NCBI GenBank assembly: GCA_963815195.1
Contig: CAWFGE010000008.1
Coordinates: 160,001 to 224,000 of the forward strand
Length of the DNA: 64,000 bases
Source of the DNA: an uncultured Planctomycetaceae bacterium
GTDB taxonomy: Bacteria > Planctomycetota > Planctomycetia > Planctomycetales > Planctomycetaceae
Direction: 5' to 3'
Part shown: one piece after another, positions 52,999-63,770 of the stretch
How the letters are laid out: the number at the start of each line of letters is the position of its first letter
Position numbering within the stretch: the first letter of the stretch is position 1
Notes under the pieces: generated by a model
Database searches by the model: none
The model's input: the letters and a program-made list of their open reading frames with translations, nothing else
What the model was told of the DNA's origin: nothing
Program-made: the position numbers and the translations under genes

Positions 52999-54093
52999 AT
53001 GTCACAGCATCTTAAAACGCCACCGCGAGTGGAGCGACGCAGCAGGATCGGAATGCTGACACGATGGGCATTGATCGGCGTCGCCCTCGCAGTTGCGGGA
53101 ACCCTGGCCTACTGCGGCGGGTGGTTCAGCCACGCCCCCCTAACACCCGCCATGTTCATCGACCGGTTCGAGCAGGTTGACGGCGTCCATTCCGGGTTCC
53201 GGCGGAATCACGCGAAAGGGGTTGGGGTATCTGGCTTCTTTGAGAGCAACGGTAACGGAGTCCGCCTCTCCAAAGCCGCCGTGTTCGAACCGGGACGCGT
53301 GCCGGTACTTGGACGCTTCTCCCTCGATGGCGGGCAACCGTACCAGCCCGACCGGCCGAACACCCGGCGCGGTCTTGGGCTTCAACTCTCGCTACCCAAC
53401 GGCGAACAGTGGCGAACCGCGCTGATCAGTTTTCCACTGTTTCCGGTCAGCACACCGGAGATCTTCTACAAGCGCCTGCTCGCTTTCAAGCAAGACCCAG
53501 CGACCGCAAAGCCCGATCCCGCCCAGGTGCGAGCATTTGAAGAGCGTCATCCTGAAACGATCGAGGTGCTCAAGAAGATCGCCGCCGAGCCGCGTTCGTC
53601 GGGATTCGGCAACACTACCTTCAATGGTCTGAACACATTCCTTTTTGCGAACGCTGCGGGCAAGACGACTCCCGTACGCTGGGTTCTGAAACCGATGCAG
53701 CCGTTCGAGGCGGCCGGCGCCGCGCCACCGGAGAAGAACTACTTGTTCGATGATCTCATCACGCGCATCCATCGGCGACCGCTCCGCTGGCGTCTGATCG
53801 TCATTGTTGGAATCCCCTTTGATCCGACCAACGACCCCAGCGTCGGCTGGCCGGTGGACCGCGAACAAGTGGACGTCGGCACGCTGACGCTCGATCGAGT
53901 CGAGGCGGAGGAAACCAGCGCCGCCACGGCTATCATCTTCGACCCGCTGATATTGCCAGCCGGGATGGCGCCATCGGACGATCCGATTCTCCGCGTTCGT
54001 TCGTCGGTGTATTCAGAATCGTTCACCAGGCGCAATGGCGAGACGAAACAGCAGAGTGCGATCACGCCCCCAGAAGTAGAGAAGGGAAAATAG
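52999..54093 (+). CDS. Catalase-related peroxidase (SrpA-like), exported
   Basis: GFRRNHAKG, VLGRFS, FDPL and SDDPIL..RS..YS.SF..R; N-terminal hydrophobic segment. Confidence 0.85.
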   Translation: MSQHLKTPPRVERRSRIGMLTRWALIGVALAVAGTLAYCGGWFSHAPLTPAMFIDRFEQVDGVHSGFRRNHAKGVGVSGFFESNGNGVRLSKAAVFEPGRVPVLGRFSLDGGQPYQPDRPNTRRGLGLQLSLPNGEQWRTALISFPLFPVSTPEIFYKRLLAFKQDPATAKPDPAQVRAFEERHPETIEVLKKIAAEPRSSGFGNTTFNGLNTFLFANAAGKTTPVRWVLKPMQPFEAAGAAPPEKNYLFDDLITRIHRRPLRWRLIVIVGIPFDPTNDPSVGWPVDREQVDVGTLTLDRVEAEETSAATAIIFDPLILPAGMAPSDDPILRVRSSVYSESFTRRNGETKQQSAITPPEVEKGK

Positions 54094-54217
54094 CCCTGGA
54101 AATCCAATGAAGCCCGTTCGCGGTCGCCTCGCGGAATGGTTTGTAGTGAAGCGGACCACGACTGAAAAATCACCATCTCAACGTGACTGAACCTAAAAAC
54201 CACAGGAGGACCTGCGC

Positions 54218-55060
54218 ATGACCAACGGGACACCCAAACGGATTCTTCTCGCACGTCGATCTCCCGAGTACTGGCGCGTGACGTTCGATCACCCGCCGCT
54301 CAACATTTTCGGGCCGGAATCGATTCCTCAACTCAACGAGATCGTCACGGCGCTCGAGACCGACGAGCAAGTCAAAGTTGTCGTCTTCGACAGCGCCGTC
54401 GAGGGATTCTTCTTGACGCACTACGACTTTCTCGCACGGCCCGAGGAAACCACGCGACTTCCCCCAGGTCCCACAGGATTACAACAGCTTCCGGACATGC
54501 TCGTGCGGCTGAGTCGCGCACCGGTCGTTTCGATCGCGAGTATCCGCGGACGGGCGACGGGCGTCGGCAGCGAACTCGCGCTCGCCAGCGACATGCGCTT
54601 CGCCGGCCGGGAGAAAGCGATTCTGTCGCAATGGGAAGTGGGCGCTGGGCTCGTACCGGGTGGCGGTCCGATGGCCCGGCTTCCCCGCTTGATCGGGCGG
54701 GGGCGTGCCCTGGAAGTACTTCTCGGGGCGGACGACATCGGCGGCGACCTGGCGGAGCGGTATGGGTACGTCAATCGCTCGTTCCCGGACGCCGAACTCG
54801 ACGGGTTCGTTGACGCTCTCGCCACGAGGATTGCGTCGTTCGATAAGCAGGCGATCGCGGAGACGAAGCGCTTGGTCAACCTGAACAGTCTGCCCCCCGA
54901 TGCGGAGATCGCGCCGGAGTGGGACGCGTTCCTCGCCGCGCTGGGACGCCCCGCCGCCGAGGCGAGAATTCGGATGCTGTTCGACCGCGGCTTCCACAAA
55001 CCGGGAGACGTCGAAACCCGGTTGGGGTATCACGTCGGCCGGCTCGGGGTCGCCGACTAA
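54218..55060 (+). CDS. Enoyl-CoA hydratase/isomerase family protein
   Basis: DHPPLN, GRATGVGSELALASDMRF, EVGAGLVPGGG and AERYGYVN. Confidence 0.9.
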   Translation: MTNGTPKRILLARRSPEYWRVTFDHPPLNIFGPESIPQLNEIVTALETDEQVKVVVFDSAVEGFFLTHYDFLARPEETTRLPPGPTGLQQLPDMLVRLSRAPVVSIASIRGRATGVGSELALASDMRFAGREKAILSQWEVGAGLVPGGGPMARLPRLIGRGRALEVLLGADDIGGDLAERYGYVNRSFPDAELDGFVDALATRIASFDKQAIAETKRLVNLNSLPPDAEIAPEWDAFLAALGRPAAEARIRMLFDRGFHKPGDVETRLGYHVGRLGVAD

Positions 55061-55105
55061 GTTGGATGCGTTCGCATTGAACGCCAACATCCAAAGGAGA
55101 ACGCC

Positions 55106-55399
55106 ATGGCGAAACGTTGTGAACACTTACAGGATTTGACGGTGGCCGGCTTCCCACCGCCGCGAACGCCGGGGGCCTGTGAGGAGTGCCTGAAAGAGGG
55201 TACGGGCTGGGTCGAACTCCGGGAGTGCCAGACGTGCGGCCATGTCGGCTGCTGCGACTCCTCGCCCGGCAAGCACGCGACAAAGCACTTCTATGAGACG
55301 GGCCATCCCGTGATGAGATCCGTAATGCCCGGAGCGACGTGGACGTGGTGCTACGTCCACCAGGCGGAAGGACGCCTCGGGCAGGACTCGGGTTCCTGA
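55106..55399 (+). CDS. UBP-type zinc finger protein
   Basis: CEEC..LRECQTCGHVGCCDSSPGKHATKH..WCY. Confidence 0.9.
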   Translation: MAKRCEHLQDLTVAGFPPPRTPGACEECLKEGTGWVELRECQTCGHVGCCDSSPGKHATKHFYETGHPVMRSVMPGATWTWCYVHQAEGRLGQDSGS

Positions 55400-55974
55400 G
55401 TGGCTCGCGAGGCGTGGCGGCTTCATTTTCTCCACGCTTCAACGATGCGTCGGCCGACGAAGTACTGAAGATTGAGGGAGCGTAAATGGCGAGGTTGTTG
55501 TCAGTCAACGTAGGGCATCCCCGCGAGATCGCGTGGCACGGGAAGACCGTCTACACGTCCATGTGGAAGGCGTCAGTGCAGGGACGCCGCTTGGTTGGGC
55601 GGCTCTACGTCGATGGCGACGCACAAGGCGATCTGCACGGTCACGGCGGAGAACATCGCGCCGTTTTTGTTTACCAAATGGATTCTTACCATTACTGGGA
55701 GCGGGAGCTGAAGCGGTACGACTTTACATTCGGGCAATTTGGGGAAAACTTCACGGTGGAAGGCCTGGCGGACAACGAGGTCTCAATCGGAGACCGCTTC
55801 CGGATTGGCGGAGCGATGTTTGAAGTCACGCAGCCGCGTGTAACCTGCTACCGCGTCGGCATCAGAATGGATGAGCCCAGGATGGCTGCTTTGCTTGTCG
55901 CACATCACCGCCCGGGATTCTATCTCCGTGTCCTGGAGGAAGGGGAGGTGGGAGCTGGCGACGAAATAGTCCGA

Positions 55975-57523
55975 GGAACAGTCAGGACATAGGTGGCGCT
56001 TTTAGGTCAGGACATGGGTGGCGCTGGACTTCAGTTTCGGTTGGAACTCAACACGATGATGAGAACTCTTAAAGACCTTCCGGTTAAAGCGCCGAAGACT
56101 GCCTTACCCACGAGGAGGATAGGTCTCTGCTGGGAAGCAACCCGAGCGCCGGCGTGGGGTCCGAAGCAGGAGGGGAGCGCGCCACAGGGTTCGCTTCCCT
56201 TCTTGTCTTCCCCAACCTGCTTTGGACCCCAGGCGAAAAATCCTGGGGGTTTGGGGGCAAAGCCCCCAACAGTCTTACGACTTGACGGCTGTAAACTTCT
56301 GGGTTTCCAGGTCCACTTCGCCCAACCGCAGCCGGCAAAACCACAAGCCGTAACGCTTCGCCGCTTCGTACTTCAAGCCCACGTCCCAGCCGGCCAAGGC
56401 TTCCGAAACGGGGATGCGGATGTTGTGAACCTTGATCGCCCCGCTGGGGCCCACATGGCGGCGCAAATACTCCGCCGGGTACTCCAACACCAACTCGTCC
56501 GCCTCGAAGCGGCGCGGCGAGGGAACGTACAAATCGGCGGGAACCTGCATCCCCAGAGCCTCGTGCGGACGCTCGGTGTTGTAGGTGGCGCGCCATACGT
56601 CCAAGGCCGCCTGTTGGGAGGGGAGCGTGGCCTCGGCGTCGCATTCCAACTCCCAAGCAATGTCCCGATGCATTCGCTCGTGCGCCATTCTGATCCGGCC
56701 GCGCGGGCGGAATCCGATCCAGGTCCACGCCCAATGCCAGCCACCAGGCCGACAGACGGCTCAGACCCAATGGAGCCCGCGTGCAAGCAAACGGCGAGCC
56801 GTTGTCGCTGCGAATGACTTCCGGCAAGCCCTGCTGGAGGAACAATCGCTCGAACGCGCTCTGAACGGTCTGAGTGCGGCTGTTCTCCAAAGCCTGCGCG
56901 CAAAGAATGAAGCGGCTGTAAGCGTCGCGCACCGTCAAGGGCTCGAAGCGCATCCGATCCCCGGTGCGCCACCAGCCTTTGAAATCGACCGTCCAGACGT
57001 GATTGGGCCGCTCGGCTTCGAGACGGTTTTGAATCCGGCCCGACTCCACCGAAGCGCGACGCCGGCGGCGCTTGACCAAGCCCGCTTTGTCGAGCACCCG
57101 CTTGAACGTGCTTTCCGATGGCAGATCGACCTCGGGATGATTCCGACCAAACACGGCGCGGATCTTCCGTGGTCCCCAAGCCGGATGCGCCAGCTTCAAC
57201 TTGACCATCCGGCAAAGGGTTTCCTCGCCGACCTGATTCGGACTTTGAGCGGGTCGACGCGATTGATCGCCCAACCCCTCCAAGCCTTGTTCCAAAAAAC
57301 GTTCTTTCCATTTGTAACCCGTCTTGCGGCTGATCCCATACTCCTGGCACAGATCGGCAAATGGGACCTTCGACTCAAACACACGCAGCACAAACTCTGT
57401 CCGCAGATTCAAAACATCGACCTCTTTCCAGGGCATAATCTGGTCTCCTTTCGACCAGATTTTCCCTTAAAGTGTCACCTATGTCCTGAACCAGAACTGT
57501 TACCCATGTCCTGAACCTGTACC
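55975..57523 (-). mobile_element. IS481-family insertion sequence
   Basis: Imperfect TIRs with internal repeated CAGGACAT(A/G)GGT boxes and a 4-bp CCGA duplication (55971-55974, 57524-57527). Confidence 0.88.
56275..57436 (-). CDS. IS481-family DDE transposase (apparent frameshift near 56685)
   Basis: MPWKE..GISRKTGYKW, WGPRKI, WTVDFKG, RSDNGSPF, QNG/HERMH and YNTERPHEAL. Confidence 0.88.
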
Positions 57524-57766
57524 CCGAATCGCCCAGGGACCTGAACTCCTGACGGTCGCGGATGTTGACGCCCTGCTCTATCTGCCCGGAGCAACCAAAG
57601 AAGAACTTGAGCGGGTTTTGCATATCCCGGCATTGAGCGCGGGTTGGAAGTCTTCATTTGAGGCTCTTGTCCGGCAGATGACGCAGCCGGGTTCGCACAC
57701 TGGGAACGCCGGGCTAACGTCATACGAACAAACGATCACAGCCGCTGCTGGATTCCGGCATCTGAA

Positions 57767-59544
57767 CCCGGATTATTCACCAAAAAAGCTGAAGAAAGAA
57801 GGAACCATCGCGTGACCCCCTGCGTTTAAGTGTTATATGCAATCCCAACACCAAACGGAGGAATCACGCGATGGGTGAAGCTCAGACTAACGTTTTCGAG
57901 CCCGATTTCAATCGTTCCATCAAGGTCAAGGCCGTCGATGGGCGGCTCACGTCACACGCCGGTGCCGTTCTCCTGCGGGACTTCGATCATCGGCTCGGAC
58001 TCACCGAATCCCTTGCCGATCGACTGATCGATCCTCGCCGGCAAGACCGCGTCCGCTATCAAGGCGTCGAACTGCTGCGGGAAAGAATCTACGCCATGGC
58101 CCTGGGAGAGTCCGATCAGGATGATCTCGACCGGCTCGCCCATGATCCCGCCATGAAGATGGCCGCCTGGGACCGGCCCGGCGAAGAAGTGCTCAACCAA
58201 CGCCTGGCCAGCCAGCCCACCCAATCCCGGCTCATCGATTGGCTGGCCGACTGCAAGACGAATCTCGAGGCCGTGCGGAGCGCCTTGTTCGACTGGATCC
58301 ATCGGCACATCAAAAGCACCGGCGACAGCGACCGCCGCGTCCGCTACGCCACCATCGACATTGACAGTTTCCCAATGCAGGTTTATGGCCAGCAGCCGGG
58401 GGCCCGCTACAACGGTTACTACAAGGAGACCGTCTATCATCCGCTGGTCGCTAGTTTCTCGGTCGGCGGCGACTACGATAGCGCGCGGGAAGGCCAGCGG
58501 CTGGGCAACGGCTTCATTCATGCCATCCTGCGGCAAGGCAGCGTGCATACGGCCAATGGCATCCGGCGGTTTATTCGCAACGTGGTCGGCAAGGCCCGGC
58601 AACTGGCGTGGAGCTTCGACCTCCGGATCGATGCGGGTTTCATCGCCGGCCCGGTGTTGGATGAGTTGACCGACGAAAACATCCGTTTTTGCGGGAGAAT
58701 CAAGAAGAACAACGTGCTGGAAGAGATGGCCGCGCCCTATCTGACACGTCCCGTAGGCCGGCCGCCCAAAGGGGGATATGAGGACGTGATCGAACTCGGA
58801 AAGTACCAAGCCGAGGGCTGGCGTCATCCGCAGCGGGTGATTCTGGTCATCGTCGACAAGCCGGAGGCGAAGACGGGCCAACTGGCTCTGTTTCCGCGTT
58901 ACTTCTTCCTGATCACAAACTGGACCGAGGAGCAACGCTCGGCGGATGAGGTGTTGTCGCACTACCGCAAGCGCGGCACGTTCGAGGACCGGCTGGGCGA
59001 ATTCAACGCGGTGATTGGCTGCCGTCTTTCGTCATCGGTGTTTGCGGAGAACGAAGTGACGTTGCTGTTGGGCCTGCTGGCGTTCAACCTGGCGTCGATG
59101 CTGCGGATCGAGTTCGAGGACGAGTTGGGCGGTTGCTGGGACTTGCATCGTTTCCAGCAGTCGGTGCTGCGGACAGGAGCGCGGGTCGTGAAGCACTCCC
59201 GCCGCCTCGTGATTTACATTGAGGAAAGCGTCCGCGCGTTTTGGGCAGCGATGTCTTCCCGCATCCGATCGCTGCGCCTGGCCAACCTCTGGCCACGTCC
59301 GCGTGGAGCTCGCCCGCGGCCCTACACACCTCTCCCACGTCACGCCCATGAGCAACTGGTTCTTCGGGACTGAGCAGTTCGCCATCGTGGCATCCGCCTT
59401 TCTGTTTCTTTCCTTCACTCACCCAACGATCGCCAGGCCCCAGGGGGAAAGGGGGCGGTCCGCCCATCCTCCGCTCCCCAACCACCCGGTGCACTTTCCG
59501 CCACGGAAATACTCACCACGCACGGACCTGATGAATAATCCGGG
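57767..59544 (+). mobile_element. IS1380-family insertion sequence, copy 1
   Basis: TIR CCCGGATTATTCA / TGAATAATCCGGG; 1778 bp; flanks (CTGAA, TTCAC) do not form a target duplication. Confidence 0.9.
57871..59373 (+). CDS. IS1380-family transposase
   Basis: LTSHAGAVLL, LASQPTQSR, IDIDS, YHPL, RIDAGF and YRKRGTFE. Confidence 0.92.
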   Translation: MGEAQTNVFEPDFNRSIKVKAVDGRLTSHAGAVLLRDFDHRLGLTESLADRLIDPRRQDRVRYQGVELLRERIYAMALGESDQDDLDRLAHDPAMKMAAWDRPGEEVLNQRLASQPTQSRLIDWLADCKTNLEAVRSALFDWIHRHIKSTGDSDRRVRYATIDIDSFPMQVYGQQPGARYNGYYKETVYHPLVASFSVGGDYDSAREGQRLGNGFIHAILRQGSVHTANGIRRFIRNVVGKARQLAWSFDLRIDAGFIAGPVLDELTDENIRFCGRIKKNNVLEEMAAPYLTRPVGRPPKGGYEDVIELGKYQAEGWRHPQRVILVIVDKPEAKTGQLALFPRYFFLITNWTEEQRSADEVLSHYRKRGTFEDRLGEFNAVIGCRLSSSVFAENEVTLLLGLLAFNLASMLRIEFEDELGGCWDLHRFQQSVLRTGARVVKHSRRLVIYIEESVRAFWAAMSSRIRSLRLANLWPRPRGARPRPYTPLPRHAHEQLVLRD

Positions 59545-59884
59545 TTCACGAATTCTGATATTCCGCCCCTTGGACGAAGCCGCGATGATCGGCATTGCTA
59601 GGCTACAAATCGAAAAGATGAAGATGACTTGGAAACGAAAACGCGAGAAGAATCTGATTGTACCGGATACACTCATCCAAGGGATCGGTCAACGTGGCCA
59701 TCAACTCAACGAAGACGTCAACGGCCAAGAAGGCGGCCGCATCATCCGCAAACACCTAGTAGACATTATCGAAACTTCAATTCAACAAGCGGCGACCGCT
59801 AATCCAATGGAATATACAAAGGCGACCGATATTGTCATTTCTCAGCAAACTTTAAGTGAACCCGTCTCCGTAGCATTTCGCTGA
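59545..59884 (+). pseudogene. C-terminal fragment of a Clp/ClpB-like AAA+ ATPase (D2-small domain)
   Basis: RILIFRPLD and GGRIIRK; begins exactly at the IS end. Confidence 0.6.
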
Positions 59885-60835
59885 CTCGTTGACGAAGTCA
59901 CTGCTGCAATCAACAATACGGCAAAACCACGGTTAGCATACCACAATCTCTACAGCGTTAATTCGGCAACGAATGCGATCATTAATCGGACGGGCACAAG
60001 TGCCACCTTCCAACAGCTAACGGGTCGTACAAATCGCACCGGATGTGAACTGAATTGCGGTTCCTATGAACTGTTTTACATCCGGGTCTTGCTCTTTTTC
60101 ATAAAGAGCCTGAAGTTTTTTTTGATGACGTGGCCGAACCGCAGACATCATCGCAAACGCAACCAAAGCACGTCGTTTCGCGTCGGATGACTTTTCTAAA
60201 TCCTTAATGAGTCGGCCGACTTCGGCGGAATTCACCGGACCGATTACATATAAGAACAGTGCAGCTGCTTGGTATGTTGACTCATCTCGAATGCGTTGGT
60301 CCATCAGAATCTTAGTGGCTGCCAAAGCAATTTTGTCACCTCTGTCCAAAAATCCGTACAAATCGTTTTGCAGATTCAGTGTTACAGGCATTGGATTAAG
60401 ATCCGCCAAAATCGCTTTTTCGGCACTAAACAACTCCTTCAAAAGCCTATCAATACGATCGGGCTGCAAACGGCAGAGAGTGATCGTGATATAATATGCG
60501 TCCAGGCTTTCGGCTTTAATCGCAAGCTGCCTCGCCTCTTCGAGAAGTTTCAGGACGCCATCTTTTTCACGACGACCAACATATTGCAATGTTGTTATGA
60601 GGCTGCCAGTATCATCAAGAAAGGATGTTGACCTCCATAAACGCGGATCCCGGCGTCGACGTTCCAGGCCAGCACTCACTTCCGCCACCAAGGTCGGAAT
60701 CATCAGCTTTTGAAACCATGCTGCCGGACGCATCAACGGAAGAACGATTGAGAGCAAGGTAACTGACTCACTGTTTTTCTTCAGCGCATTCGTAATTGCC
60801 ATTTCATGCTTCTTCGACCCGCCGCCACAATTCAG

Positions 60836-62613
60836 CCCGGATTATTCATCAGGTTCGTGCGTGGTGAGTATTTCCGTGGCGGAAAGTGCACCGGGTGGTT
60901 GGGGAGCGGAGGATGGGCGGACCGCCCCCTTTCCCCCTGGGGCCTGGCGATCGTTGGGTGAGTGAAGGAAAGAAACAGAAAGGCGGATGCCACGATGGCG
61001 AACTGCTCAGTCCCGAAGAACCAGTTGCTCATGGGCGTGACGTGGGAGAGGTGTGTAGGGCCGCGGGCGAGCTCCGCGCGGACGTGGCCAGAGGTTGGCC
61101 AGACGCAGCGATCGGATGCGGGAAGACATCGCGGCCCAAAACGCGCTCACGCTTTCCTCAATGTAAATCACGAGGCGGCGGGAGTGCTTCACGACCCGCG
61201 CTCCTGTCCGCAGCACCGACTGCTGGAAACGATGCAAGTCCCAGCAACCGCCCAACTCGTCCTCGAACTCGATCCGCAGCATCGACGCCAGGTTGAACGC
61301 CAGCAGGCCCAACAGCAACGTCACTTCGTTCTCCGCAAACACCGATGACGAAAGACGGCAGCCAATCACCGCGTTGAATTCGCCCAGCCGGTCCTCGAAC
61401 GTGCCGCGCTTGCGGTAGTGCGACAACACCTCATCCGCCGAGCGTTGCTCCTCGGTCCAGTTTGTGATCAGGAAGAAGTAACGCGGAAACAGAGCCAGTT
61501 GGCCCGTCTTCGCCTCCGGCTTGTCGACGATGACCAGAATCACCCGCTGCGGATGACGCCAGCCCTCGGCTTGGTACTTTCCGAGTTCGATCACGTCCTC
61601 ATATCCCCCTTTGGGCGGCCGGCCTACGGGACGTGTCAGATAGGGCGCGGCCATCTCTTCCAGCACGTTGTTCTTCTTGATTCTCCCGCAAAAACGGATG
61701 TTTTCGTCGGTCAACTCATCCAACACCGGGCCGGCGATGAAACCCGCATCGATCCGGAGGTCGAAGCTCCACGCCAGTTGCCGGGCCTTGCCGACCACGT
61801 TGCGAATAAACCGCCGGATGCCATTGGCCGTATGCACGCTGCCTTGCCGCAGGATGGCATGAATGAAGCCGTTGCCCAGCCGCTGGCCTTCCCGCGCGCT
61901 ATCGTAGTCGCCGCCGACCGAGAAACTAGCGACCAGCGGATGATAGACGGTCTCCTTGTAGTAACCGTTGTAGCGGGCCCCCGGCTGCTGGCCATAAACC
62001 TGCATCGGGAAACTGTCGATGTCGATGGTGGCGTAGCGGACGCGGCGGTCGCTGTCGCCGGTGCTTTTGATGTGCCGATGGATCCAGTCGAACAAGGCGC
62101 TCCGCACGGCCTCGAGATTCGTCTTGCAGTCGGCCAGCCAATCGATGAGCCGGGATTGAGTGGGTTGGCTGGCCAGGCGTTGGTTGAGCACTTCTTCGCC
62201 GGGCCGGTCCCACGCGGCCATCTTCATAGCGGGATCATGGGCGAGCCGGTCGAGATCATCCTGATCGGACTCTCCCAGGGCCATGGCGTAGATTCTTTCC
62301 CGCAGCAGTTCGACGCCTTGATAGCGGACGCGGTCTTGCCGGCGAGGATCGATCAGTCGATCGGCAAGGGATTCGGTGAGTCCGAGCCGATGATCGAAGT
62401 CCCGCAGCAGAACGGCACCGGCGTGTGACGTGAGCCGCCCATCGACGGCCTTGACCTTGATGGAACGATTGAAATCGGGCTCGAAAATGTTAGGCTGAGC
62501 TTCACCCATCGCGTGTTTCCTCCGTAGGGTTTCGGGATTGGATATAACACTTAAACGCACAGGGTCACGCGATGGTTCCTTCTTTTTTCAGCTTTTTTGG
62601 TGAATAATCCGGG
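60836..62613 (-). mobile_element. IS1380-family insertion sequence, copy 2 (inverted)
   Basis: Same TIRs and length as copy 1, with a 5-bp TTCAG duplication (60831-60835, 62614-62618). Confidence 0.93.
61007..62509 (-). CDS. IS1380-family transposase
   Basis: Near-identical to 57871-59373 (QPNIF vs QTNVF; VSAF vs VRAF). Confidence 0.92.
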   Translation of the reverse strand: MGEAQPNIFEPDFNRSIKVKAVDGRLTSHAGAVLLRDFDHRLGLTESLADRLIDPRRQDRVRYQGVELLRERIYAMALGESDQDDLDRLAHDPAMKMAAWDRPGEEVLNQRLASQPTQSRLIDWLADCKTNLEAVRSALFDWIHRHIKSTGDSDRRVRYATIDIDSFPMQVYGQQPGARYNGYYKETVYHPLVASFSVGGDYDSAREGQRLGNGFIHAILRQGSVHTANGIRRFIRNVVGKARQLAWSFDLRIDAGFIAGPVLDELTDENIRFCGRIKKNNVLEEMAAPYLTRPVGRPPKGGYEDVIELGKYQAEGWRHPQRVILVIVDKPEAKTGQLALFPRYFFLITNWTEEQRSADEVLSHYRKRGTFEDRLGEFNAVIGCRLSSSVFAENEVTLLLGLLAFNLASMLRIEFEDELGGCWDLHRFQQSVLRTGARVVKHSRRLVIYIEESVSAFWAAMSSRIRSLRLANLWPRPRGARPRPYTPLPRHAHEQLVLRD

Positions 62614-63135
62614 TTCAGAATCACGGCGGCTACAGCGGCCTGATTTTCTGGAAGAGTGGCGGTAAACTCATCAACGAGAATCGGACGCAGATCCTTTGGC
62701 ATCTCTTTAATGTTGGAAATGGCCGCCAGGACCACTGCGTAGCGACACGACTTTTCCCGCAGGTGGGGAAGCTCCCTAAGCAAGTGCGGCAGGGCACGTG
62801 GGCCGACTGCTACAATGGCGTCCACAAAAGCCGACATTGGGATGTGGACATCGGGCATGTTCCGCTCGCCCAGAATTTTGTTGATGAGTACGACACTTTG
62901 TCGTTCGTTTAGCTTCGAATGTGCAAGGTGCTGAGCGGCGAACTGAGTACAGAAAAGGTCTTTACGATCGGACATCGAATCAAGCAGATGGTTGATATAC
63001 TCGTCTGATTCCTGCTGCGGTTCCTCTGCCACGGCAGTCATCAATGGAACGAAACAGAGCATCGCGAGATACAACGGTCGCCACATTCGGATGATTGATT
63101 TCTGTTGTTGCATCGGTTGTCTCCCAAGTTGGTCG

Positions 63136-63432
63136 CTAATGCTGCGGACAAAACGCCGGTCGGCGTCCTGTTTTCTTCCCGGGGCGGTTAATGTAATCGA
63201 ACGTCAAGTTGCTGCGTTGGCAGTTGCGGGGGTTGCCGTCCCTGAAGTAGACATGCTGGCCGGGTTGAGGGTTCATCACGGCCCGATGCAGCCGCGTGGT
63301 CCGGTAGCGCTTCTTTCCAGTGCGAACCTTCTCGATCACGTAGCCCTGCTCGAACCGCCACGACCTCTCCGCCAGGTGAGCGTCTTCCCTGCTCACCAAA
63401 GCCTCGGTTCCGTCCGGGAGTGGCAGCCTCAT
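63136..63432 (-). CDS. Phage-type HNH endonuclease-like protein, probably degenerate
   Basis: ALVSRED..W..GY..LHRAVM..VYFRDGNPRNCQRSNL. Confidence 0.65.
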   Translation of the reverse strand: MRLPLPDGTEALVSREDAHLAERSWRFEQGYVIEKVRTGKKRYRTTRLHRAVMNPQPGQHVYFRDGNPRNCQRSNLTFDYINRPGKKTGRRPAFCPQH

Positions 63433-63770
63433 GGTCTGATGAAGGCACCGAAGCCAAATTGTGGATTGGCACAATGTGCCAATCCGGGTGACTATTCCTG
63501 AGAAACCCTGACTACAGATGAACTCAAATGACAAATCGGAAATCTAGGGACATCAAGGAGTTGTGACCGGAAGTGTTGATTTAGCAATCACTTACGCCAA
63601 GTCCTAATGAGAATCCCTCTCTCTCCGCTTTTGTTCACTTGTGCCGCATGTCGCAAGTGGCTATTTTCATTGGGGTTATGGATTTATCTTTGATCAAGTC
63701 CACCCGGATTTTTTGTCCGTTTTGGCCCAAAGTCCGATAAGTCGTCCGATAACGTCTCGGGCGATGCCGT

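Larger units (their letters stand above)
55486..57766 (+). pseudogene. MOSC-domain/FAD oxidoreductase, interrupted by the IS481-family element and truncated by IS1380
   Basis: HGGEHRAV, GQFGENFT and QPRVTC. Removing the IS restores EIVR-IAQGPELLTVADVDALLY, and the frame ends at the IS1380 end. Confidence 0.88.
60017..63113 (-). pseudogene. Exported helical-repeat (HEAT-like) protein split by IS1380 copy 2
   Basis: GGGAGA RBS and signal peptide at 63113. Removing the IS and one TTCAG gives in-frame VILN-CGGGSKKHEMAITN, continuing to the stop at 60017. Confidence 0.8.

Noticed and set aside
59219..59544. N-terminal part of the 221-aa ORF 59219-59884 and C-terminal tails ending NPDYSPKKLKKEGTIA
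   Set aside because: These are read-through into or out of IS1380 ends, not genuine protein sequence.
63478..63497. attR copy of the tRNA-Arg 3' end (CCGGGTG-ACT)
   Set aside because: Only about 7 contiguous matching bases, too short to distinguish from chance.
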